This document shows positions 51,796 to 64,000 of a stretch of DNA of 64,000 nt, piece after piece. The notes beneath the pieces were generated by a model. The model saw only the letters and a list, made by a program, of their open reading frames with translations, did not search any database and was not told the DNA's origin. Positions within the stretch are counted from its first letter, which is position 1. Every line of letters begins with the position of its first letter. The translations under genes were made by a program, and so were the position numbers. Origin of the DNA: Tubiluchus corallicola (lineage: Eukaryota > Animalia > Priapulida); the NCBI GenBank assembly GCA_030141605.1, contig JAQGDQ010000102.1, positions 562,440 to 626,439 on the forward strand, written 5' to 3'.

Positions 51796-52437
51796 AGTTT
51801 AAACATAATTTATTTAGGATTGGATCAGACAGTTTGAACAACATGATTTAGGATCCTCACCACAACAGACTTCATACACTATTTACAAGAACATTTACAG
51901 TAAGAAGAGACTATAACTACACAAGCTGACAAGTTTTACTACAAGAATACATTAGACATTAGTAGAAAATGACGGTTAGAAAATATTAATGTACGATTAT
52001 TTAAGACTGATGCATTTTATATCAGATATAAACTACTGGAAGCGTTTAGTACGTAATATAAAGTCATGTATACATTGGAATAAGTTAGCAACATAGTTAA
52101 ATTCATCTTTTCCGAATAATAACAACTTCAATAGATCATTATTTCCCAAGGCAGCTATATTAAGGTTTTCGGGCAGAAGTATTTCATTTAATTTATCAAA
52201 CATAACAACCCTAGCTAGTTGATACAATGGGCAGTTCAACAAAAAGTGTTCAACAGACTCAAATCGAAATCCACAGTTACAATTCGGCAATATTGGATGA
52301 CCGTTATTATCTTTGCAGCCTTTAGAGAAAAGGTCGTAGTTTAGCTGAGAAAATCCGATTCTCATGTGCGTATGATGCACTGATATTGGAGGTTTACCAA
52401 ATGAAAAATGTTTCTTACGCAACGAAAAGACAAAAGA
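51796..52437 (-). mobile_element. 5'-truncated CR1-like LINE 3' end with TSD
   Basis: ORF HTHMRIGFSQLNYDLF…CNCG…ESVEHFLLNCPLY (LINE C-terminal CCHC region). 13-bp flanks cttgaaggccttt (51783-51795) / cttgaaggtcttt (52438-52450). Confidence 0.9.
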
Positions 52438-53389
52438 CTTGAAGGTCTTTCGGCTGCAGAATTTACTAGGTAAAGGATAATCGACTTTGGAGTAGACTTC
52501 TACAGACAGGAGTCAAGCAAAATATTATAGGCTCAAACTACCAGAACTACCTCTTAATCAAACGATTCCACGTACCCAGTTAAAACCGTATACAATTATT
52601 GAAAACCGCTATAATAAATTAATATAATCATATGCCTTACCTATAGAAGTTCTAGTTGGCAAATTCAGCAAAAGAATCTAAGAAAATTTATTTACAATTT
52701 GAGAAAAAAAAACAAACAACGTACTTAGCAAATAAACATGAGTTTTCACACGAAATTTTGACACCAAACAACAATGCACCTAGCGGTTATCTAACAAACT
52801 AAACCAAACAAAACCCACACTAATTACCGTTAAACAACCAAGCAAACCCGCTAAACGACGTCATTTGGGCTGTTTAAAAAAACTTAAGCGCAAAAATTGA
52901 TCATTTAAAAGCGCTAAGTGGTCATCCATCATCAGGCGGGTAAGGATATAGTAAAAGCCATCAGAGAGAAACGCCAAACAGCAAAAAGCTGGTCTTTCAA
53001 AACACTTGGTGACAAATATGGTGTCAGTTTTCAGCCGTACAGAAAAAATGCGTTGAAAAATAAGCGACTTGCGATAATTAAATACGCCGAGTACAAAAAC
53101 ACGTCGTCCGGTGCCTTAGGCATGGTTCACATTCAACTCGAACAGCTAGACTCGGCGGCTGTCGGTATTACTCTGCGACAGTGTGCACACTGCGACTCAA
53201 GGAGCGTTTAAACTAGAAGATTTTGACTGCGTTCACACTGTGACATAAGAATGTTACAGTAGCTTTGCTACTACAACTCTCTAAGACTGCATTCACACCA
53301 CTCTGATTTAAAAATACTAAATTTGAAAACTCTTCCGTACGCTTTAAGTACATTCCCACAGTTTCTTAGAGAAAGACTGGACCCAATCT

Positions 53390-53985
53390 AAAACAATCTA
53401 TTCTGTGAAATATTAAAAGGTACATATTATTTTTTCAAGCATGACTTACGTGAAAGAACGATTACAACAGAAACGTAGTCATTTTTTTCGTTCGTGCAGC
53501 CAGTTCTTCGCTATTACATGCATTTCGCTATTTGGTAGTTAGACGGGCACTAGCGCCTACATCTCGGAAACGTGCTGCACAAAAAATGAGGTGCCGTACA
53601 TCTGAGTTCAGAGGTGTTCAGTTGTGACATAGTGCATACGTTCCAGAGACCATGCGTGAGCGGTAAACTTAAAATTTGAATTTTAAACTTAAAATTTGCT
53701 GAGCTTTTGTAAGTCTCGTGTTTGTGCTACTGAATATTGTACAAGTAGTACTTCGCTTTCGCAAGCACGTTCGACTCGCTCATAAAATGTTTGAGCTAGC
53801 GTTTCGCAATCACTAGCTAGGCTTGCCCGCCATTAATTAAGGTTTTAACCTGTTTAATTAATCTAACCTGTTTAACTAATTTAATTATCAGAAAAGAATT
53901 GGCATTTTTATGTGTGCTAAAATGAATACTTTTTACGGTACTTCAAAGTGGGATAGGATATGAAAAATCATCCTGTTTTCCTTTA
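53390..53985 (+). mobile_element. Kolobok/T2-like non-autonomous element
   Basis: Ends in cctgttttcctttaa; similar to 33690-34165 and, inverted, to 5330-5630 and 60382-60780. Confidence 0.65.
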
Positions 53986-55149
53986 AAACGTGGGTAGATT
54001 CAAAGTCTTGTCATCCTACGATCTTATTCAAGCAGTTATAAAAACTTAATTTAACTTAACGTAACGCAAAGCATTCTTCACGCAATAATATTAGTTGGTT
54101 AGAAAAGTATAGCTGCTTTTCTGTCGCAATTAAATTGTATAACTAAAATAATTGAAAAAACTGTAGTACAGGGTTCAGAAGGAACAGTGGTGTAAAAATA
54201 TTTTGAAATACCATGGTCAAGTCACAATGAAATATTACTACGAGCTGCTGCATTATGACATCATAATGACGTAACATTCGAATACTATATAACTTGGTTT
54301 TTGTACTTCAAATGTAAACGTCTAAGCATACGTTTCTTTTGGAACAGCCTATACGTTTCACAAAATGTAAATTCGTACGTAAAAACAACTTAAAATGAAA
54401 TTTATTTATGAACATTTCATCCTGTGACGTCAGAAAATATATAGTCGCACGTAGATTTTGCGAAAATTTCCTATTTCTGGCCAAAACCCTGTTCTGACTA
54501 AGTGAACAGTCAGATACTCAGAATTCAAGACCAGATTTTTCTTAGTTTCCCTTGACACAGGAAACCACAGTCGTTCCAGAACTGAGCGGAAATGACGTTA
54601 TTTACAATCATTAACTTTGTTCAGAAAAACATGTTTGGCTAAAATATTTTGATTATATTTTAAACATATATATTTTCTTTAATAATTTTCTTGTTTGTAA
54701 CATTGTGGTTAATCTATACAATTTACGTTTTTTTTACTTTTCATTATGCTTTTGCCTCCAACATTTGGATACTTTTATTTATAAATTAACTTTAATTCAC
54801 TAATATTGTTCGCGCAATGACGTCATCACAAAATAGCAAACAAAGCTATGGAAAAAAGGTTTTGCTTGTAGTATGATTACCCATGCACTTTTAATGATTA
54901 CTAGAAAGCTTGTGTGTACGGTCGAGCGATTTTGAACAACAGACGTTAGCTGTAAACAGAATGAACTAAGAAAGACACCCACAGCAAGATAATGCCGAGT
55001 AAAATTGGCTTCAAAAATATATGCTAAAAAGAAATGTGAAATGTGTTCTAATCAAGGCTAGGGAATTCTTATTAAGATAAGTGTATGAATTTCAAGTCAT
55101 TTTTACAATGTAATCATGATTAGAATGAATGAGAAAGCAACTAAATGCA

Positions 55150-55535
55150 TAACGAGGTAGGTAGGGTAGGAAAGAAGTTACGTAGGTAGGTAAGTAGATA
55201 GGTAACTGTGCAGGTAGGTCAGTAAGTAATTACGTGAGAAAGTGAATGAGATGAGTGAGTAACTTAGTAAGGAAGCCAGCAAGCAAGCAAGACAATAATT
55301 AAGTATAATCGATACGTAAGAACGTCGGCAAATAACTAAGTAAGAAAGAAAGTAAGTAAGTAGGTAGGGCAGTAAGCAATTAAATAAATAAGTAGAACAG
55401 ATATGTAAGTAAATACGTAAATAAGTGAATTAGTGCGTGTGTGTGTGTGTGTGCGTGCGTGCGTGTGTGTGTGTGTGTGCGTGTGACCGAGTGCGTGAGT
55501 GAGTATATGAGTAAGTTAGTGAGTGAGTAAGTAAA
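55150..55535. repeat. Low-complexity gtaa/gtag/gtga tract with (GT)n
   Basis: Directly visible. Confidence 0.8.
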
Positions 55536-57521
55536 AAAGCAAGCAATTGATTACTTAATTATGTAAAAATAAAACTAGAAATACCGATACAGCTCCACTA
55601 TCAAGCTTGTACACTTGCAACCATGACTGCTAAGCTATTACTAACTTACACGAACATTACCTGTGCCATACGCATGAACACTTGCAAGACGCCTTTGCGT
55701 GCAACACAGATAAAAAATCCACGAGAACAAACAAAAATGTGAAACAAACAACACAGAGTAAACAGCTGAACAACCAGCTCTCTGTAGCTATGCAAACTCG
55801 CGAGGTATTTCTTTCCTACAATATTTATTGTGAGAAAACAGGATATCTGTGATAAGAACATCCTAAAGATGACGATTACAGGTAATTTTATTTTACAAGT
55901 CTGCCGTGTTTAGTTTCATTTATATATCGATCTGTCACGTGACAAGTTGGTCCGCTTAAATGCACATAATATAGTCACCAATACAGCCCAGCCCATAAAC
56001 TTCAATAGCAGCTTCAAATGATCTCTAAGATTTGGTCTTTTGTTTATCTATATATTTAATTTTGTTCAAGTTTTATCATCTTCTTCTTTTTTCTTCTTTC
56101 TGCTGCATCATTTTTTCTTGTAATGTAATACCTTGACTTACAAGTTTCTGGATAATTACTACATTTTGTAGGGCGCATTTTGTGACTGTATACGCCTATA
56201 GATAAACTCCAATATTTTATTTCTGAATTTACTAACTTACTGAAGATTCCTCACTATCTTTCTTGTGGCTGTAGAATCCGTGATTCTTTGAATCTCTGCT
56301 GCTTTTGCTATGGGCAGTCTAAAGTCAGTTAATAAACGCATAAATACAGTAAATTACACTCGGTCATAGTAGACAGCGGAGTACGCCATGGGGCAGTGTT
56401 GACACTGCGCTGCTGTGTGACACAAAACAGAAAAATGTCGAACAACAGCTTAAAAAACAGCTAACAGCTTAACGGTGGCGCCTCCACCCAATTTACGTTG
56501 GTCAGTTTACAAAATTTAAACAAGCCGTTTATGTAATAATTTCAGTGGTAGTACGTGGAATTCCCGAGAAGGCCTCAGTTTCCAACAACGGGTGTTTTCC
56601 CGGACCCAACCTGTTGATTATTTTCGAAATTTTGCAGAAAAAGCATCTTAGCGGCGCATGTTGGGGGTCTTGAAAGAATTTATAGCTCTTTGGATAAAAG
56701 GAATAATAGAACTATACGGTGGTGTGAATCTCTTTCGAGGACGCCTCCAACGAGAGGAGCAGTTACGATTTGATTGGAGGTTCCCTTTCAGACGATACTC
56801 GCTTAGAAAAGTGCTGACTCAAAGCCATTTTTCTGACATCATTCTACTGCACTCTGCCTATGACTTTGCTTCAGCAGAAGCTGCTGGCTTTGCGTTAATG
56901 GTGATACCTAACGGACAATTAAACTGCAGGGATAATAAACGAACACTGTGTAGGATGTTCACGCATTATTGATATTTATGAGAAAGATCTTGGGGGGGGG
57001 GGGGCATTGGCTAGTAATTTATTAATAATAAAAGTTTCATCTGTTTTTGTAAAAAACACATTCTTTTAAGACAAGTACAATCTTTATCAGAAACGAGGTC
57101 TTATTAAGATCATGTTGTGCATTTAATGTGCAGATCCGTCTGAAAAATATTTAGGCTTACAATTGAACACTGCAGACCATTTGGAAGTACATTTAATATA
57201 TTAATAATTATTAATTACTTTATTTATATATGAAGAGGGACCACCTATTCAGTAGCTGACTTCCACCGTTATAACAAATTTGTGTCACGGCTCCAGAAGA
57301 AATTGAATCTAATTGTTCACATAATTATATACATGATACCAACATACAATATAGTACGTACATACAATATACATACAATATATATACAATATATAAATGC
57401 ATTCATGGCTATATTAAATGTACTTTCAAACGGTCTGAAGCGTTCCGTTGCAAGCCTAAAGACTTTTCAAACGGGTGTGCTCATAAAGATCGTGTGTATA
57501 GATTTGAAGCGGTTTGGAAAG

Positions 57522-57790
57522 GGAAAACAGTTTTAGTCTAAATTTGTAAAGCCACGCATTTGTAAACTAAATTCAAAACTAGCAAAACAGCTTCAATTAA
57601 AAATTTTATAAAGCCACACATTTGAAAACTAAATACAAAGCAGCAATGCTAAGAAAACAGTTTTAGTCTAAATGTATAAAGTCACGCATTTGCAAATTAA
57701 TTCAAAGTACCTATGCTACTAAGAAAACAGTTGCAGTTCTAAATTTTACAAAGCCACATATTTGTTAAGCTAAATTCAAAGCATCTATAC
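57522..57790. repeat. Degenerate ~60-70-bp tandem repeat, 4 copies
   Basis: aaaacagtt…aaattt…aaagccac.catttg…ctaaattcaaa recurs at ~57524, 57584, 57654 and 57724. Confidence 0.85.
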
Positions 57791-59632
57791 TACTTTGCAC
57801 AAATATCATTCTACTAAAAAAAATTTCAAATCAAATACTAGGCAACACACCTGTCTGACAAAAACCAACTTTCTCACTTAGGCCGCTCACCTATCAAAGC
57901 TAAGTCTCCTGCGGCCCACTTTCACCTGACGAAAGCTAGGTTTCTAGGCCCCTTTTAGCCTTCATTACACAGAGCACTTATGCATCTAAAGGCATCTTTA
58001 GACGCTAAAAATGACCAGTCCAGTAGCACTTACACACCCCATTCTGTCGTCATGCCAAACTACCCATATTGATTCGCCTTCTATAGTAATTTAGCCAGTT
58101 TTTTCCGATCCGGTAACAATGTGCATAATTACCATTCCGGCTTTTTCAATTACAACTGTAGCTGCTGCGAGGCGAGATCCAAGCGCAATACGGCGCACCG
58201 CGAGGGGGCATGGTCAGTGCTAACCTATTGATCACGTTACCTAGTAGATGTGACCAGTCGTGTACGGGGTTCCATTAACCTCTATCCTAGCTATTAATCA
58301 CCATGGATGTAGCTGAAAACACCATCTCACAAAACGAGAAAAGCAGCAGGGGTATTGTTCATAATTTACCAGCATAGCAACTGCCTCCTCAACAAGATGA
58401 TAAAATATTAAACGCAGAAAACTGGCGCTACCTAGGTGTAGAGAAAACACCATTGGCTATTGATGCCCTTGCTAGTGTGTTTGTGGCTAGCTTTATTGAT
58501 GAGATTTCTTCATATGCGCGTTAGTATTTTTCTAATATCCGAGAGGCTAGTACAAGGTCCAGCGTTATAGCAGAACTATGCAAACAGTGGCTATAACTGA
58601 TATCGTAATGTAATCTTACTGAAATATCTTCTTCTAAATCAGCGGATTGCAGAGTTCCAGCAATCTATATCAATTGCTACCAATTTCGAACTGTCATCTA
58701 ATAATTTTTCATCGTTATACTTGCATGGCGTTAATTATTAAAGTAATTTAATTTGAAGTTAATTTTTTTCAATGACAATCAAAGCGAAAAAAGTAACGTC
58801 CTATTTCAATGCACTAAACCTGTACTTCATTTAATATCCAAATACAGAACACGTTCTTTGTCTGAAGGAGTTTCTTCAGGGTGAAACTTCTACCTTCCCA
58901 TTTGTAATTCCGTCTTAGTCTGGACGCCAAGTACCTGCCCATTCAATGCACAAGAAAACTCTTTACTTAATTAGCTGCTCTTTCTTATTACTTAAGCTAA
59001 AAAACTTGTCTTGAAATTTTGTGTCACCAATATACTGCCTTATTGCACATAGGGCTTGCTTTAACAGTAACGCTGTATAAAACCTGTAAATTTAAACTCC
59101 TGCGATGACCGCTAGGCGCAATCATTTTAACGATAAGTCATTTGAAACAAGTTTAGATAACATTGCGTAAAGTTTGAAAAAATAATCAGCGTATTCGCAG
59201 CACACTCTTCACTAATAAGCAAAAGTATAAATTACTGCCTCTTGTCAAAAAGATTAAAGGTTCGTTTTTGGTGACTCAGTGGTGCACACTGGGAAGATGA
59301 GTCAGCGACATTTTACTAGTTGGCGTAAATTTTCTTTTCTAGTTACAAAAGTCTTTCAAACATGTAATCGTAATGGTGAGTAACATGACGTTGTGTAGAC
59401 AGCCTTCAGGAACGTACATTAAAATTGCTTTTTCTTCCCCTTGAAGCACCAAAATTTGGAAAAAAAGTTTATAATGCATCGATCGATGATCAATGTATCA
59501 ATGTGTGAAACATATGTCACTACACATATTTAAATTTGACTTAGGTTTATTGATGCCAATCTGTTAAAGCTTAGAATCCTCAAAATCGAAAGCAGCTTAT
59601 AAATAAATCTTACTGAACAGCTTTTTTCTTAA

Positions 59633-59740
59633 AGGAAAACAGGATATTTTTTTCACACAAGTCATTCTTAAAAATATAGTATGTTCGCATTCAATTTTTA
59701 TAAGGCACAGTTATGGTTTAAAATTGTGTCCGGTTTTCCT
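59633..59740. mobile_element. 108-bp Kolobok/T2-type mini-MITE
   Basis: TTAA-aggaaaacagga…tccggttttcct-TTAA: 12-bp TIR (1 mismatch) with TTAA on both sides. Confidence 0.75.
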
Positions 59741-60061
59741 TTAACCAATCATGAAAATACAGTATGAACTTCTGTTTCAGTTTCAAACATAATAGGGAAT
59801 CTGTGTACTCGTAAAAACATTTTCGGTTACGTAATATTAACTTGCAAAAACGTTCGAGACTTCACCAACTTGTATATCATTTCACGGTTTTACCAACTGA
59901 TTACTTCAGACCAAACCAAGAAGCACTTGTAGCAATTTAATGAAGCCATGTTAAGTACGCGTGCCTACATCCGCACACGCTTATGGTACGTAAGCAAGAG
60001 CAATACAGCTAATGGACGTTTGCGAAATAAAACCAAATTTTATTATTAATTAACAATTAAT

Positions 60062-60257
60062 AATTTAGAGTTCTACGTGAAACAGATTTTAAATTTTTTC
60101 TATGAGTATATTAGAATTTGACAGGAAATCGTTTTCCAGTAAACAAAAATGTTAAAAAAATTTAGAGTTCTACGTGAAACAGATTTTAAATTTTTTCTAT
60201 GAGTATATTAGAATTTGACAGGAAATCGTTTTCCAGTAAACAAAAATGTTAAAAAAA
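60062..60257. repeat. Apparently exact 97-bp tandem duplication
   Basis: tttagagttctacgtgaaacag…gttaaaaaaa at 60064 and 60161. Confidence 0.95.
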
Positions 60258-60381
60258 TACTAGGTCAAGCTTATGAAATTGCAATTCTAAAATTCGTTGT
60301 ACATTGGAATTTTGAAAATGGAATAAATTTTGTAGGATAACATATCATAATTGCAGTATTTACTATTACAAGTACTGTTTA

Positions 60382-60780
60382 TTAAAGGAAGACAGGATGA
60401 TTTTTCTCATATACTACTCCATTTTCAAGTCTGATAGAAAGCATACATTTTAACAGAATTAATACTGCAAAAGCGTTTCCGATAATTGAATAATAGATTG
60501 AAAACTTAATTAACGATGGGCGAGCCCAATTACTGATGACAGTGAAAATTGAAGTACAGTCCTACTGTGAGATATTCAGTGTACTAAAATTCGGCAAGTT
60601 TTAAGATAAAAATTCAAATTTCAAATTTACTGCTGCGCTCACGGATGAGCTGTCGAACGTGTGCAGATCGTTACTGAATTGAGAGGTACAGCACCTGTTT
60701 TTTGTGCAATGTGTTTCCGAAATGCAAGCGCTAGTACCCGTCTAACATGCGAACGGCGAAATGCGTGTAACAGCAGACTA
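60382..60780 (-). mobile_element. Kolobok/T2-like element fragment
   Basis: Starts ttaaaggaagacaggatgattttt; inverted relative to 53500-53985. Confidence 0.65.
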
Positions 60781-63700
60781 CCTTATTGGGCTCTTAAGCT
60801 AATGAAATTATGGCGCCCCCTCAGAGCGAAGAACCCTGTAACTCGCCCGCGCCCGTGTTGAATATTTTTTTTTACTCTGAACATATTTTAGCGACATTTG
60901 CATAGTTTGAAGCGAATTTATTGCAAATTCTTTAAACAAACTAAAATAACTATCTTTTGTTTGTCAATAAAAATATTCTTTAACGAACACCCCCATTTTA
61001 CTATTTTATTGCAAACCAAATTAGCGCAAACGTAGTGATTTTTTTAACAAATGTTACCAAAGCTTGAGAGGCCAGAGGCTGCAGTCTAAACCATGTCTAC
61101 AGGACAATCCAACCCTATACGTAAGTTGTACACGTATATTAGGACAGACTTCTGAGGCCAATCGATTAAGAACATTTAACATTATAATGTTATTTATAGG
61201 TGTGACAGTACTGAGTTTACTACTTATGTTTGGTCACGAGTTACTCTGATCGTGGTTTCTAAACAGTAAGCAAGCTAAACGCCTTCAAAATGATAAAAAG
61301 AAAAGGACACTTGCACTGCATTTTTTCGGAATTTCGTCTCCATGGTAACGGGGCGTGCCTTGCATCTTGGGCAATCGAGGAATCTGCATTAATCGCAATG
61401 ACGGAAAGAGTGGTTCTGCGTAAATTACTCAGCGTCCAGCAGCAGGAGAGATTAGAATGCAGCGCTAGCAAGGGATTTGATCAACGTCCGGCGAATGGTA
61501 AGGGGTTAGAATGGAAAGAGATGGCCGCTACAGTGCGAAACGCGGCGACCATTTTGCAGAGTATAAAGTTACAAACCACTCAGACAAAACAAATAAGATA
61601 TCAAAGTATAGAGAAGCAAGTAGCAAGCTGCTCCAAGTATTCGATTCATGTCGATTTAGGGTGGTCATTCGATACTTTAGAAGTAGGCTATCTTTTGTAT
61701 GTACGTTTCGTAAAATACTCCCCATAGTGTACATGGACAACTCAGCATCTCTAAAACAGTAACAACTCTCTGCATAACTGATTCGTTAGCTTGGATTCCA
61801 AACAAAAGATAGCGTCGTTCTAGTAGTTGTAGTCTATAATTTTAGTTGGCATATAAAAACACGCCGGATACGGGGCACAGAACTATGGTCTGGAAAGACT
61901 GGTCACAGTTATCGTTATAACAGTTTTAAAACCGTTCAATGCTTTCTACATTTGCTCGAAAAATAAAGAGGTTAGTGGAATTTGTAAATCGCTTAACCGG
62001 AAGTCATTCTCACACAAATTCAGGTTCGTCTTTGTGGAGGGAGTTAAAGAAACATTTGTGAAAGACCTACAAAAAATTGCAATTGTTGGTAAAAACTCAT
62101 GTATCTCCTTAATTGAATAATGCGCATGCGCGGCACACAGAAATTTGCGGAATGCAAACAATTCCTTAAAAGCAATTAAATTAAACCGATTAAAAGCAAC
62201 AGTATCAAAATACTGAGCAATAGTTTCAGGCAATTATATAGAGGGCGCCATGTGTCAACTCGATTATTGATTGTGTTTGACCAGCGGTCAGTGGGCAATA
62301 ATGACCGGATCGTGTACAGAATTTACGCATTTTTATTGTACTCCTATACTCCAATAGCTCACATAATGTGTTTGAAATATGCAGTCTGTATGCTTTTGTA
62401 ATAGCAAAGTATGAAAGTTCAGGCTATTATTATACTGTATGAATGTGTACGACATTTCCAAGATGGACTAATTCGAAATGGCGTATAATGAAACGCTCTA
62501 TTGTAGGCCTACAATAAACCAGTCAACGGGTTTAAAGTTTAAAGTTGAAAAAGTAGGCTGCAAATATTCTGAAATACTGATTTTTCAATAAAAATTCAGG
62601 ATTATAATGTAGGCTTGCTATTATAATAGGAAAATGATTATGAAGGCTTACCATTTTAATTTCACTCTACAATCTTGTTTTCTTTAAATCATCATTATCA
62701 TCATCATCATCATCATCATCTGCCCTTTACGTCTACTGTAGACATTAAGCAGGTAAAATTCTAAAATAAACGAAATCTGCCCTCGAGATCAGTAAGCACG
62801 GCAGTAATCCAGCAAAAAACTAGACACTGCTATGCCAGTGGCTTGTCAGCACCACTTCCGAACCACACCTGATTTTTGTTCAAATGTATGTTAATTTATA
62901 CAGGAGTCAATTTAAGCCTACAGTTTTAAAAATACAGATTATTCATATGCTAATGGTGGGGAGTATTATTAAAATACTATAAAAAAGTGAGAATTTTTTT
63001 AGTTACGTTGTGTATAGGTTTTTCGTACTTCAGCTGTATACATATATATATACATTGACGTCACGAGGTATTATTTGTACTTGTTCGTCATTAATTATTT
63101 AATGTTTATTACCTGTATAGGGTAACGATCGTAACGCACCTGTATTGCCAAACTTAATTGACTTTGACACAGGTATATACTGCATATAAACTGGACTGGG
63201 TACTCAGAGTGTGGTAATAATGATGCTGTATAGGGGCAAATGTGTGCTCCAGCCTTTACGCTGGAGTAAGGCGACATTAACTTGATTAATTATATTCGTC
63301 GTAAAAATTATTAATTTAATTACCTTTAAGCCTAAATTCGCATGCTATTACTTTTTTAAACCATCTTCAGCGAAAAACAGACAATTCCCAAAATCAAAAA
63401 ATATCATAAAAATATCACAAAATAAGTGAATTGAACAACAATAGCTAACGTCACTTTTTCATTCAATTTAATTTTATTTACGGTGATTTCCATTATCGTA
63501 GATTGGTAAACTCGGTACATCTTTGTCCAATGGAAAGGACAAATCACTTAGCGTGTTGGGTTTATCTTACTGTCATCACTGAAGCTTAGATAAATGTAAC
63601 AAAGAAAGTTCCAAAAAAACTGTCTATGAAGCATAAGTCATTTATTTCACATTGCACATTTACAATAGTTACAATATCTAGTGAAAGGGCCTATAATGAA

Positions 63701-64000
63701 CATAATACAAATAAGAAAAGCCTCAAACACGGTTCACCTATATACGAATGTAAATGTGTTGCGGGAAATCAAAAAGCAGGGCTTGTTAGATTGTCCCACA
63801 CAGTGATAGAAAAAAAGTAATGGAAATAATCTGAAAATTTAAAGTGAACCGTATGATAAAAAAAATTAGTACTTAAATGGAATGATGAATCTCATATATG
63901 AGATGATATAAAAGATAGAAAGACTATTATTTGTTAATAGTATGTAAAATTAAGATAACTTTATTAAGATACCTGTATTAAGATACGAAATAGTTATATA

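Noticed and set aside
61290-61762. 145-aa and overlapping ORFs
   Set aside because: No recognisable domain or splice context; more likely a GC-richer regulatory block.

Overview
Intron-rich, AT-rich animal genomic DNA from a protostome (hunchback is present; the lineage cannot be fixed from this window). It contains: (1) the 3' end of a mitochondrial beta-ketoacyl-ACP synthase gene (OXSM, +, to 283); (2) a multi-exon mitochondrial cysteine desulfurase gene (NFS1, +, ~1.25-16.4 kb) with exon sizes matching human NFS1 as I recall them, but I could not find ~46 highly conserved codons (the FTSGATESNN segment); (3) a convergent 9-zinc-finger hunchback gene (-, single coding exon 28749-25270) with a non-coding 5' exon carrying a uORF, candidate distal first exons and a probably long 3'UTR; (4) a ~31-kb stretch upstream of hb with no recognisable host gene, filled with LINE fragments, MITEs, micro/minisatellites and GC-richer unique blocks. 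The most striking signal is in the hb mRNA: four let-7 seed sites in the 3'UTR (three within 70 nt just after the stop), two more in the CDS, and a miR-100/99 site with seed plus extensive 3' pairing. This suggests control by the miR-100/let-7/miR-125 cluster, reminiscent of the C. elegans hbl-1 heterochronic circuit. All analysis was by eye; repeat boundaries are approximate.
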